Shown: positions 47,943 through 56,797 of the stretch, in pieces
How positions within the stretch are numbered: the first letter of the stretch is position 1
Layout of the letters: each line of letters opens with the position of its first letter
DNA from: a virus
Lineage: Duplodnaviria; Caudoviricetes
Direction: 5' to 3' (one strand)
DNA: 56,797 bases
Virus record (IMG/VR): IMGVR_UViG_3300045586_000026
Span: 1-56,797 of that record
Program-made: the position numbers and the translations under genes
The notes under the pieces: generated by a model
Seen by the model: the letters and a program-made list of their open reading frames with translations, nothing else
Databases searched by the model: none
Told to the model about the DNA's origin: nothing

Positions 47943-48383
47943 ATGAAGAAATTGGTTATTGCCACGATGTTGGCTACTGTTGGTTTGATGGCATCTGCAA
48001 CTGAAGTTGGAGTGGCTGGCATTCATGACATCGCTGCAAATAAAGATGGAGTTCGCGTAACGGCTTCTGTTGGTTCAGTTGCTGGATTCACTCCTCAACT
48101 AAGCGTATCTCGTGTTGACACTGTCTACACTCGCTATGCAGTTGGTACTCAATATACTATTACTAAAGTTGGTCCAGTTGCTCTTGCAGCTACCGCTTCC
48201 GGTGTATATCAAGACACCATTGGTGGAACTACTGGGTATGGAGCTACGGCAGGTTTGAAGGCAAGTGTTGCTTTGAACAAAGGCGTTGATCTAGTCGTAG
48301 GCGCTGAGCGCTTTATGGGTCAAGATCGCATCAGTGCATCTAATGGAACCGTAACCTCGGTTGGATTGAACGTAAAGTTCTAA
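47943..48383 (+). CDS. Outer-membrane beta-barrel protein
   Basis: Signal peptide, alternating beta strands, terminal Phe (VGLNVKF). Confidence 0.8.
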   Translation: MKKLVIATMLATVGLMASATEVGVAGIHDIAANKDGVRVTASVGSVAGFTPQLSVSRVDTVYTRYAVGTQYTITKVGPVALAATASGVYQDTIGGTTGYGATAGLKASVALNKGVDLVVGAERFMGQDRISASNGTVTSVGLNVKF

Positions 48384-48506
48384 AATAGTATAAATACTAA
48401 CCAGAGGCTCCTTCGTGGAGCCTCTGTTTTCTGCCCAAACTAAAGGCTTATTGGCAAAAGTCTTCCTGGGAATTTAGAGGTAACTCTAACAACTTAAGGG
48501 GAAATA

Positions 48507-49028
48507 ATGCAAAAAGTATTATTCGCATTGGCGTTTGTGTTCGCAATAGTAGCACTACAATATAACGCATCACACGATGAACCGACTACGGTATCATTAA
48601 ATCTTCCGAAATATGAAGAACTCACTAAAGCTCAAAAGACAGAAGTTGACTGTTTAACTCAAAACATTTATCGTGAAGCCGGTATTGAACCAGAATCTGG
48701 AATGATCGCCGTCGGATTAGTAACGATGAATAGAGTGAAAGCTCCTGGCTTTCCAGAAACTGTATGTAAGGTTGTCAAACAAAAGACAAAGCACACATGC
48801 CAATTTTCTTGGACATGTATCAAGAAGTTGCCGAACATTGATCAACGGATATATAGTTATAGCAGAAGTCTTGCTATTAGAGTTTTCTTCAATCACCGTG
48901 TAATCGATGATACGACATTTGGCGCGTTATTTTACCATGCTGATTATGTTCGCCCTCGATGGACTAAGCTTGAAGTCACCACTAAAATTGGAAGACATAT
49001 TTTTTATAAACCAATCGGAGAAGCGTAA
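48507..49028 (+). CDS. SleB-like cell wall hydrolase (Hydrolase_2)
   Basis: CLTQNIYREAG, VTMNRV, CQFSW, YHADYVRPRW, IGRHIFY. Confidence 0.92.
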   Translation: MQKVLFALAFVFAIVALQYNASHDEPTTVSLNLPKYEELTKAQKTEVDCLTQNIYREAGIEPESGMIAVGLVTMNRVKAPGFPETVCKVVKQKTKHTCQFSWTCIKKLPNIDQRIYSYSRSLAIRVFFNHRVIDDTTFGALFYHADYVRPRWTKLEVTTKIGRHIFYKPIGEA

Positions 49029-49690
49029 TGGATATTTTAGACATGATGAAGTCAAAGGCACATTCTAATGGTTATTTTCCAAGTAAAGCTGTCGCACAAG
49101 TTCATGAGTTCTACCTCACTGGTACGATCGAAGAACCTGAAAACTATCTAGAATGGTTTGATACGATCCGTCACGCAGGTGAACATGATCTTGTCAAGAT
49201 CTACATCAATAGTTATGGTGGTGACCTATTCACTGCGATCCAATTCATGCGTGTTCTAGCAGATACTGAAGCTACAGTAGTATGTTCAGTCGAAGGCGCT
49301 TGCATGTCTGCTGCTACGATGATCTTCATGTGTGCTGATCAATTTGAAGTAACTCCTCACTCCGTGTTCATGTTTCACAACTATTCAGGTGGAGCTATTG
49401 GCAAAGGCGGCGAAATGATCGATCAACTGTTGCATGAGCGCAAGTGGTCTGAACGTCTTATGAATGAAGTTTATAAAGACTTCATGTCTGATGCTGAGAT
49501 CAAATCTATGCTTGACAATAAGGATATGTGGATGGACGGGGAAGACGTCGTAGTCCGCATGAACGCTCGTATTGCAAAGCTTCAAGCTGAGTTGCAAGAA
49601 GCTGCAGCAAAACCTAAGGCGCCTAGAAAACCCGCCGCTAAAAAGCCTGCAGTAAAAAGAACGCCAATTAAAAGAAAACCTGTACAATAA
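49028..49690 (+). CDS. ClpP-like protease
   Basis: IYINSYGG, ACMSAAT, FMFHN. Confidence 0.85.
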   Translation: MDILDMMKSKAHSNGYFPSKAVAQVHEFYLTGTIEEPENYLEWFDTIRHAGEHDLVKIYINSYGGDLFTAIQFMRVLADTEATVVCSVEGACMSAATMIFMCADQFEVTPHSVFMFHNYSGGAIGKGGEMIDQLLHERKWSERLMNEVYKDFMSDAEIKSMLDNKDMWMDGEDVVVRMNARIAKLQAELQEAAAKPKAPRKPAAKKPAVKRTPIKRKPVQ

Positions 49691-49719
49691 ATCGTAATTA
49701 TGGTACAATAGTACCATAT

Positions 49720-49794
49720 CTGGCGTTCGTATAATGGACAATACAGGAAGCTTCTACCTTCTAAATGGCAGTTCGATTCTGTCACGCCGGACCA
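49720..49794 (+). tRNA. tRNA-Arg(TCT)
   Basis: GGAAG-CTTCTAC-CTTCT, acceptor CTGGCGT/ACGCCGG, CCA, own promoter. Confidence 0.9.
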
Positions 49795-50285
49795 ACTAAC
49801 TGGAATATATTATGGCATACATAAGCGTTGATATTGAATTGGAAGACTTTGATGACGACGATCTAATTAAAGAAGTCAAAGCCCGTGGCTATCAGATCTT
49901 CGAAGACAACTCTACGAGCATCGATGAAGACCTCGAACAGATCTACCTTCTACGTCGACGCGGCCTCTCGTATGATCACCTGATGGACGCTTACATCTAT
50001 AAAGTCCTAGGAAAAGTGCTCTAAGCTATATACATTAAATCACACTTGTGGTATAATAGGTCTATGGCAAACATACACTTCCAACAAAAAATCGCTTCCG
50101 ACGAACTTCGGGACACTATCTTCTTTGTCACTGGCACTCGCTCAGTCAAAGAAAAAGCCAAAGACTTTCTAACACTTCGAGTTCCAAACCTTGAAGTGAA
50201 GATTGCAAACTTCAAAAATATCATAGTGAATGGTGATAAGTGCCGTTCGGTCTACGAAGCAAAGCTTGTTATCATGGAAATGCTA

Positions 50286-50626
50286 TGATCTATACATCTG
50301 TACAAAAACGTAAGCCTAAGAAACCTAATGCTGCACAACGACAATTGCAAGCTGATTGGGAATCCATTCAGCAAAAGTACATGCCCAAGAAAGCATTGAT
50401 GCGGGCCGATACTTCATTCAGTTATTCATTGCCGCCACCTCCCGGCCGTAGTACATCCCATCACATCCCAAGTCGTAACACCGGCGACGGCATCGCTTCG
50501 TCTAAACCAACGATGCAATACACCGGCGATAAGATGCTCGGCATTGGTACACTGCACAAATCAAATGCAGTGCCCGTCTTCAGCAATCATGAAGCAAAAG
50601 AAATGGCGCGAATGCGTCGTGGTTGA
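50286..50626 (+). CDS. Conserved T4-like hypothetical protein
   Basis: YTGDKMLGIGTLHKSNAVPVF..EAKEMARMRR. Confidence 0.8.
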
Positions 50627-50929
50627 TTGTACATTTAATCGTAAATATATTATAATAGACTATGAATCGTAAACAAACTGAATCTGATCTCTCTACAGCT
50701 CATCTGTATAATCAACCTCACAAGATTGAAGAAATCTACATGGAGTTGATTAACTCTAAAAGTAAACTTGATCGATGGTTTACAAAATACATTGACATGT
50801 TTGATGAGCAAATGAATACGCTTCCAACTAGTCATCCTATCTGGAAATTGTATAACGTTAAGTTTGACCAATACAGCGACATCAATCAGACTATCAAAAC
50901 AGCTGAATATTACATGAAGAAAGCCTAAT

Positions 50930-51145
50930 ATGTTCAAAGGTGCATCAGCATTTTCTCTTCACATCGAGGAGATCGTAAAACAATCTAGAGTATCACACAT
51001 GGACGCCGTCCTTAAATATTGTGCTGACAACTTTCTAGAACCAGACGACATCAAAAGTCTCGTCAATAAACCACTCAAAGATAAGATCGCCCGCGACATG
51101 CGTGAGGCTAACCTACTCCCTAAACAAGCAATGTTGGATGTGTAA
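50930..51145 (+). CDS. gp33: Late transcription coactivator gp33
   Basis: FSLHIEEIV..MDAVLKYC..LKDKI..ANLL, next to gp59 and gp32. Confidence 0.85.
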   Translation: MFKGASAFSLHIEEIVKQSRVSHMDAVLKYCADNFLEPDDIKSLVNKPLKDKIARDMREANLLPKQAMLDV

Positions 51146-51606
51146 TGAGCACTGAAATCGACAAAGAAAAACACAGTCGTCGTTTGCATAAGGACGAAGT
51201 GTATATCGCTAAACAGGTAAAGATCGCTAAAGCACATGGAGTCCCAGTGAAACCCGGTGAAGAACATCGGTTGCATAAAGTAAGCGGACTCACGTGCGGT
51301 GACTCTAACTGTGTAATGTGTGGTAACCCTCGTAAGTTCTTCAAAGAACCAACCATGCAAGAAAAGAAATTTATTCAAACGGAGAAATGGTATGATGACA
51401 CCGAATCCAACCTGTGAACTTGAGTGCAGATTTAGTACCTCGTTTGGCATGACTACGATGATGTATTATCCTCCAGTCTACGACAAGCATGGTGTGAACG
51501 TGAATCCGGATATGAACGTTACTTCAACTACTGTCAATTGCTCAGTCTGCAATAAGTCGTGGGCTAGTTCCACTCGTGCTGGTGTATCAACCTTCGATGA
51601 AATCCT

Positions 51607-52209
51607 GTGATTGAAGCCTTCGCAACATACAAATACTTCATGGCAATCAAGTTGCATTTTACGACTGATCGCTATGATGTATTCCAAGCAAATGGAAAAG
51701 TATCTGGATCTCGTGCAGCTTTTGAAAAGCGCAATGATAGATTCCTATTTGACAAGATTGGACGTAAGTTCGATCAACCGCGCGAGCTGATTGATTATTT
51801 CGTCGCCAACTTTGCTTATGGTAACAAGAGTGTTATCTATTCGAGTGAATCGACTGACTATCATGAAGTGTGGACTAAGCGTAAAGAATCTCGAACTCAT
51901 ATGTTTAAGACACAAATGTCTGACATTCAACGGCATCTAGAAAAGAATAATCTCAAGTATGAAGATTTATTTCGTATAGATAATAATGTACCAGAACTTT
52001 TGAGTTTATATGTCGGTGGACATGTACATTTAGAAACTATGGTTATCTTAGACGAATTTGAAAACTTTCTCCCGCAATGGGAACCACTCGTTATGCTTTG
52101 GGGCGACCAGCTCCGTATCATCAATAAGACAAAAAAGTTTGTCAAATTCGACAAAACTAAGATACAATCAATCTATCAACAATATAAAGAATCATTTGCA
52201 GAACTTTAA
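51607..52209 (+). CDS. gp59: Helicase loader gp59
   Basis: YFMAIKLHFTTDRYD..FEKRNDRFLF..LETMVILD. Confidence 0.9.
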   Translation: MIEAFATYKYFMAIKLHFTTDRYDVFQANGKVSGSRAAFEKRNDRFLFDKIGRKFDQPRELIDYFVANFAYGNKSVIYSSESTDYHEVWTKRKESRTHMFKTQMSDIQRHLEKNNLKYEDLFRIDNNVPELLSLYVGGHVHLETMVILDEFENFLPQWEPLVMLWGDQLRIINKTKKFVKFDKTKIQSIYQQYKESFAEL

Positions 52210-52435
52210 CATGGGCCGCACTCTACATAATTACGATGATCGCGATGACGATCGTCGAGCAGTAAAAAATAAATTTACTAAACCCGCAAAACATACAAGA
52301 AATACCCCTGGAAGTGGGATGCGCGTTATAAATAAATGGTCGGAGGAATCAGTTGACTTAGATGTTGATGATGACTTTGATGATAACGCAAAATACTTCG
52401 CAAATCGTAAATAAACCGTACATAAGGAAAATACA

Positions 52436-53344
52436 ATGGACATTACTACACTTCGCAAAATGCGCAATACAGACTTCGGTAAAATCTCTACCGAGTTCAA
52501 CAAGATCGCTAATCCCCAAAGCGAATCAAAGTCTTATCAAGACGACCGTTTCTGGAAACTAGAAGCGGACAAAGCCGGTAACGCTACCGCAACTATTCGA
52601 TTCCTCCCACGCGCTGAAGGCGACGAACTACCTTGGGTTCGAGTGTTCAATCACGGGTTCCAAGGACCTACTGGTAAGTGGTACATCGAAAACTCTCTTA
52701 CGACAATCGGCGAAAATGATCCAGTCGGCGAACTGAATTCACGTTTGTGGAATACAGGAAATGATGCTGACAAGGAAGTTGCTCGTAAACAGAAGCGTCG
52801 TCTTCAATACATCGCAAACGTATTGATTGTATCAGATCCTAAGCATCCAGAGAATGAAGGACAAGTTCGCTTGTATAAGTTCGGTAAGAAGATCTTCGAC
52901 AAGATCATGGATAAAGCACGCCCTACATTCGAAGACGAAACTCCAGTCAACGTGTTTGACTTGTGGGAAGGCGCCGACTTTAAGCTTCGTCAGCGTAAGG
53001 TTGAAGGCTATCCTAACTATGATCAGTCGGTGTTCAATACACCTGCACCAATCTCTGAAGATGAGGATGCTATCCTTGCAGTAGTGAATGCTCAACATAA
53101 GTTGGCCGAGTTCGTTGACAAGAAGAACTTCAAGACCTATGAGGAACTATCACGCAAGTTGGTATCTGTTCTGAACAGCGAGATGGCAACACCAAGTGCT
53201 GCTAGCATGGGTGAAGATGATGGTTATACACCACCAGCTCGTCCAGCCGCTGCAGCGAAACCTTCTGTGAAGATCTCTGCACCAGACGACGAAGGCGATG
53301 ATGACGCAATGAGTTACTTTAAGAAGATCGCTATGGAAGATTAA
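52436..53344 (+). CDS. gp32: Single-stranded DNA-binding protein gp32
   Basis: DDRFWK..IRFLP..WYIENSLTT..KFGKKIFDK; acidic tail. Confidence 0.97.
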   Translation: MDITTLRKMRNTDFGKISTEFNKIANPQSESKSYQDDRFWKLEADKAGNATATIRFLPRAEGDELPWVRVFNHGFQGPTGKWYIENSLTTIGENDPVGELNSRLWNTGNDADKEVARKQKRRLQYIANVLIVSDPKHPENEGQVRLYKFGKKIFDKIMDKARPTFEDETPVNVFDLWEGADFKLRQRKVEGYPNYDQSVFNTPAPISEDEDAILAVVNAQHKLAEFVDKKNFKTYEELSRKLVSVLNSEMATPSAASMGEDDGYTPPARPAAAAKPSVKISAPDDEGDDDAMSYFKKIAMED

Positions 53345-53368
53345 ACTTCCTCGTAAGTGAGGATAGTT

Positions 53369-53392
53369 AGGGAGGCTTCGGCCTCCCTTTTT
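53369..53392. terminator. Intrinsic terminator
   Basis: AGGGAGGC-TTCG-GCCTCCCTTTTT. Confidence 0.9.
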
Positions 53393-53394
53393 CG

Positions 53395-55386
53395 TTAGAT
53401 GATCGCCGAGCGTCTATTCATATAACGATTGAACCCAGAATCATCGTTACGAATTGGAGTAGGCAGTGCAATATTTTGCTTAGAAGTATTATTAGTAGTA
53501 GGAGCACTAACGATGATAGGTGCTTGTGGAGGAGTTGTCATAGCAGCACCAGCATTAGCAGCAGACTTAGTTGCAACAACTTCGCCTGTTTTTGTTTCAG
53601 GTTTCTGTAGTGACAATAGATCAGTTGCTTTTGCATACCCTACATCTACTTTACGCTTGTCGAAGAATCCAAGCTTATCATAAGCAGCATCTTCTTTAAT
53701 GACACTTTCGATAGCAGCAGTATCCTCACCTCTAGCTGACATTCGTTTTACTTTACCAAACGTAGACTTAGAGATCTCTTTATCGTATATTTGTTCTGCG
53801 CCTGGGGCTGTAGATTCTGATGTATAAGCAGCTTTACCAGTCTTAGTGTCAAACTCAGCGGACAGTGCACGCGATTCGCTCACAGCCTTTCCGCCAATCA
53901 TAGATGCTTTTGTAGAAGTAGACGCAGCAGTAGTTTTATCTGACTCAGTTCCACTGAATCCAAAAACAGTAGAAGCTTTAGCAGTTTCACCACCAGCGCC
54001 GCCGGTATTGCCAAGTTGAGTATCGCTAGTAGTTCGAACTCGTTCACCTCCAGCTTCTGGTCTGAAAGGATAGAATGGTCCTATCGCAACTTTCTTATTA
54101 ATGATAGGAATAGTAAATGAAATTTCTGGAATTCCAAAGTCTTCCACGAACGACAGTAGTTGATCTTTAATCTTACTGAAGAACGTTGCAATAGGTGCAA
54201 ACAATTCTTTTAGTGGATTGAAGATGTATTCGTTTATAGCTCCACCAATCTGATCAGCTAACTTTGCAATAGCGTCAGGAATAGCGTTGAACATCTTCTT
54301 CAATGGCTTAAAGATAAAATCATCAATTGCGCCACCGAGCCAGACGAAAGCGTCTCGAATTAATTCTACTGGGTAGAATATCTTATCGACTAATTCTTTG
54401 AACATGTCTTGTAGATTAAATGAATCTAGAAACGCAGCAGCTTTATCGAATCCAAATACACCTAGAATCCAAGACGTTGCATCTTTAATTAGTTCGATAG
54501 GTGCAAGAATCAATGAATTTACAAATCCGGTGATGGCGCCTTTGATGCCGCCAATGATACCACCTTCTTCGAAGCCAGCAAGCATTCCTTTCACAGTATC
54601 CCAGACAGTCATAATGACCATAAGTGGATAAGCGATCTTACTTACTATTTTCGCTGCAGCACTAAAGATAGTCCCGAATGAACCAAGCTTAGAGCCAATG
54701 CTAGAGAAGAATTCAAACATTACGCCTATTTTATTTTTTAAAAATCCCATAGCTTCTGCAATTGGTTTGCTTGCCTTTTCAATTTCTCCAAATGATTTAA
54801 CTATAGGTGCAAAGAATTCTGAAAATCCAGTAACTATTCGCGATATGAACTTACCAATAGTGCTACCTTCGCCGAATACAGCTTTAAATCCAGCAACAGC
54901 ATCATCGAAAATTTTTACAATCTTTTGCGCAAATGAACTGAATGTTGTCTTTATCGTATTGACACCGAGCATGAACGCGGTTTCAATTTCGAATAACACC
55001 CTTTTAAATTTAGGGAAAAATTCAGATACGTAGATTAAACCTTTTTCAAAAGCTCCAGCGAAAAACTTAATAGTCTTAAGCTGCCCTTGAATGATACCTG
55101 CGATAGAACCTAAACTAAGTGCTATAGTTGTTCCAATTGCACCAATTCCACCGAGACCTAGTTCAGCACCTGCGCCTTCACTTTTAGCAGCAGGACCGAT
55201 TGCTCCACCACGAGTATTCTTTTCAATCTTAGTCAACAAGTCAATCTGTTCTTCTCTAAACTTTTGATCTTCTATTTCTTTTTCAAGAGAAGTGTTATCC
55301 GACGCTGGTTTTAAGCCAGGCGTTACTAACCCACCACCCGGAAATTTGATGATCTGCGCCGATTGCTTGTCTAGTATGTTCTTCAT
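53395..55386 (-). CDS. Tape-measure/baseplate hub-like protein (gp29-like)
   Basis: 663 aa amphipathic helical, Phe/Gly/Ile-rich; follows gp26 and gp51. Confidence 0.65.
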   Translation of the reverse strand: MKNILDKQSAQIIKFPGGGLVTPGLKPASDNTSLEKEIEDQKFREEQIDLLTKIEKNTRGGAIGPAAKSEGAGAELGLGGIGAIGTTIALSLGSIAGIIQGQLKTIKFFAGAFEKGLIYVSEFFPKFKRVLFEIETAFMLGVNTIKTTFSSFAQKIVKIFDDAVAGFKAVFGEGSTIGKFISRIVTGFSEFFAPIVKSFGEIEKASKPIAEAMGFLKNKIGVMFEFFSSIGSKLGSFGTIFSAAAKIVSKIAYPLMVIMTVWDTVKGMLAGFEEGGIIGGIKGAITGFVNSLILAPIELIKDATSWILGVFGFDKAAAFLDSFNLQDMFKELVDKIFYPVELIRDAFVWLGGAIDDFIFKPLKKMFNAIPDAIAKLADQIGGAINEYIFNPLKELFAPIATFFSKIKDQLLSFVEDFGIPEISFTIPIINKKVAIGPFYPFRPEAGGERVRTTSDTQLGNTGGAGGETAKASTVFGFSGTESDKTTAASTSTKASMIGGKAVSESRALSAEFDTKTGKAAYTSESTAPGAEQIYDKEISKSTFGKVKRMSARGEDTAAIESVIKEDAAYDKLGFFDKRKVDVGYAKATDLLSLQKPETKTGEVVATKSAANAGAAMTTPPQAPIIVSAPTTNNTSKQNIALPTPIRNDDSGFNRYMNRRSAII

Positions 55387-55523
55387 TTGTTTTTCTCTAA
55401 TCTTTGTTTTTCTTCTTCTAGGAATTGAACCAACATAGCAACATATATTTCACGCTCATAGGGTATCATATTCTCAATGTCATACAAATTATATTTATGA
55501 TACTGCATGAGCGCGAAGTTCAT
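55383..55523 (-). CDS. gp51: gp51-like baseplate hub assembly protein (46 aa from first ATG; probably a frameshift extension of gp26)
   Basis: (LCHDSLANHYK)MNFALMQYHKYNLYDIENMIPYEREIYVAML. Confidence 0.8.
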   Translation of the reverse strand: MNFALMQYHKYNLYDIENMIPYEREIYVAMLVQFLEEEKQRLEKNK

Positions 55524-55558
55524 TTTATAATGATTTGCAAGACTATCATGACAAAGAG

Positions 55559-56275
55559 TTACTGAAAAAAACCGTTAAGGCCTCTAATAGTATGTTCGTG
55601 ATGATGCTTACATACTGGGCAATCAAACTCTACTTTCTTTTCGAGTTTTGGCATTGTCTCAAAGAATGCTTGAACTTTTTTAAACTGATCTTGAGTAAGA
55701 TTGTTTATAAATTGATCAAGTTCTTCTTTAGTCTGTTCGTTTGCACTGTAAACTGCGTCTTCATCGTAAATTGATTCGATGCATTGGGTGATGATTTTAA
55801 AGATAGAATCAACATCGTTTACATTACCACCTTCCAATGAATCTAACAATGCAAGATCTGGATACTTCATCTTAATGCCGACGTTACCAAATAAGTTAAT
55901 GTCAGAAGTGTGCGCTGGATCAAATTGCACTTTGAGTTGGGTAAGATCGATGTCAACATACATCTTTGCTTTAGGATCATTACACTGCTTGCACATGAAA
56001 ACTAATTCAGAAATTTCTCCAACTGATTTTGCTCTAAGTTGCGTAAAGATGTATTCGATGTCAAACATTGCAATCTTATCTGCGTCTAGTTTGCCAAGAG
56101 TACATGCTGTAATGACGTCTTTTAATGTATTCAACATTACTGTTTCGTCTTCGCTCTGTTGAGCAATCAACAGAGCTTTTTCTTCTTTAACTAGAAAAGG
56201 TCTGTATTTAATCTTCTGTTTAGTTGAAGGTACAGTCAATTCATATGTCGGTGCCGACATCACTGGTAAAGCCAT
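55559..56275 (-). CDS. gp26: Baseplate hub assembly chaperone gp26
   Basis: YRPFLVKEEK, FDIEYIFTQLRAKSVGE, CxxC motifs, FFETMP. Confidence 0.9.
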   Translation of the reverse strand: MALPVMSAPTYELTVPSTKQKIKYRPFLVKEEKALLIAQQSEDETVMLNTLKDVITACTLGKLDADKIAMFDIEYIFTQLRAKSVGEISELVFMCKQCNDPKAKMYVDIDLTQLKVQFDPAHTSDINLFGNVGIKMKYPDLALLDSLEGGNVNDVDSIFKIITQCIESIYDEDAVYSANEQTKEELDQFINNLTQDQFKKVQAFFETMPKLEKKVEFDCPVCKHHHEHTIRGLNGFFQ

Positions 56276-56277
56276 GA

Positions 56278-56694
56278 TTATTTTCCTTTTCGAATATCAT
56301 TGAGCATTTTGCTCAATTCAGTTGTGCTACCCACGAAGATAGCGTTATTATTTGTTATTGTAGCCTTTTCATCATCTGGTTTACCAGATTCTAAAGCTTG
56401 CTTTTTCTTATGCAGATCAAGCAACTGATGATTAATATCAGACAAGTGTTTCATCAATCCACCCACGACTTCGAATGCTCGTGGGTGTTCACTTTGTTTT
56501 GCAACTTCAAGAGCATGGAACAAAGCATCTTGACCTTGACTTAGAATAGAATGAAGATTGCTTCTAGTCGTTTCATAGTCATGATCAAATGCTTCATTCT
56601 TTGCAGGTATCACGTTGCCAGTTTGTGATATAATCTCAGTTTTACCTATTGGTTCTATATCAAATACTTGGCTCAAATTATCATCAATATTCAT
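56278..56694 (-). CDS. gp16: Terminase small subunit gp16
   Basis: DYETTRSNL..ALEVAKQSEHPRAFEV..NNAIFVGSTTEL. Confidence 0.88.
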   Translation of the reverse strand: MNIDDNLSQVFDIEPIGKTEIISQTGNVIPAKNEAFDHDYETTRSNLHSILSQGQDALFHALEVAKQSEHPRAFEVVGGLMKHLSDINHQLLDLHKKKQALESGKPDDEKATITNNNAIFVGSTTELSKMLNDIRKGK

Positions 56695-56797
56695 ATTATT
56701 GTGTGTCAGTATTCTCTGCACCTTGTGTTATTGCCGCAGTTTTTTCTTTGCTTCGGCCGTAAGCTGAAACACCCAAGATAGCACCAAATGCTAAGTG

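Noticed and set aside
53429-56162. Plus-strand ORFs opposite the tape-measure-like gene and gp26
   Set aside because: Antisense shadows of well-supported minus-strand genes.

Overview
A ~57 kb segment of a large T4-like (Tevenvirus-related) myophage genome, probably infecting a proteobacterium. In order: (1) a ~3.6 kb stable-RNA operon (419-3979) with about 19 canonical tRNAs interleaved with structured non-tRNA RNAs; (2) a late-promoter cluster of small coat-like, collagen-like and beta-rich proteins (4212-8531); (3) three more tRNAs, two more ncRNAs and a DUF2828 (Ro60/TROVE-like plus vWA) gene; (4) two glycosyltransferase-like genes and a 2173-aa tail fibre; (5) an early region of small genes behind repeated TGTACA-N17-TATAAT promoters; (6) a late adhesin/desaturase module; (7) RNA ligase, DexA, phosphoesterase, DenV-like glycosylase, PhoH, endolysin, a permuted two-piece tmRNA, ClpP-like, gp33, gp59 and gp32; (8) minus-strand gp16, gp26, gp51 and a tape-measure-like gene. 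The strongest candidate for an undescribed system is a family of 8 ncRNAs sharing a covarying terminal stem plus a conserved C-N-G-C-A motif. Each carries interchangeable cargo: anticodon stem-loops, a circularly permuted tRNA elbow (as in YrlA Y RNAs), or a multi-hairpin domain. Two copies lie directly upstream of the DUF2828 gene, suggesting a phage Ro/Y-RNA-like tRNA-mimic ribonucleoprotein system. All calls were made by eye without database searches.
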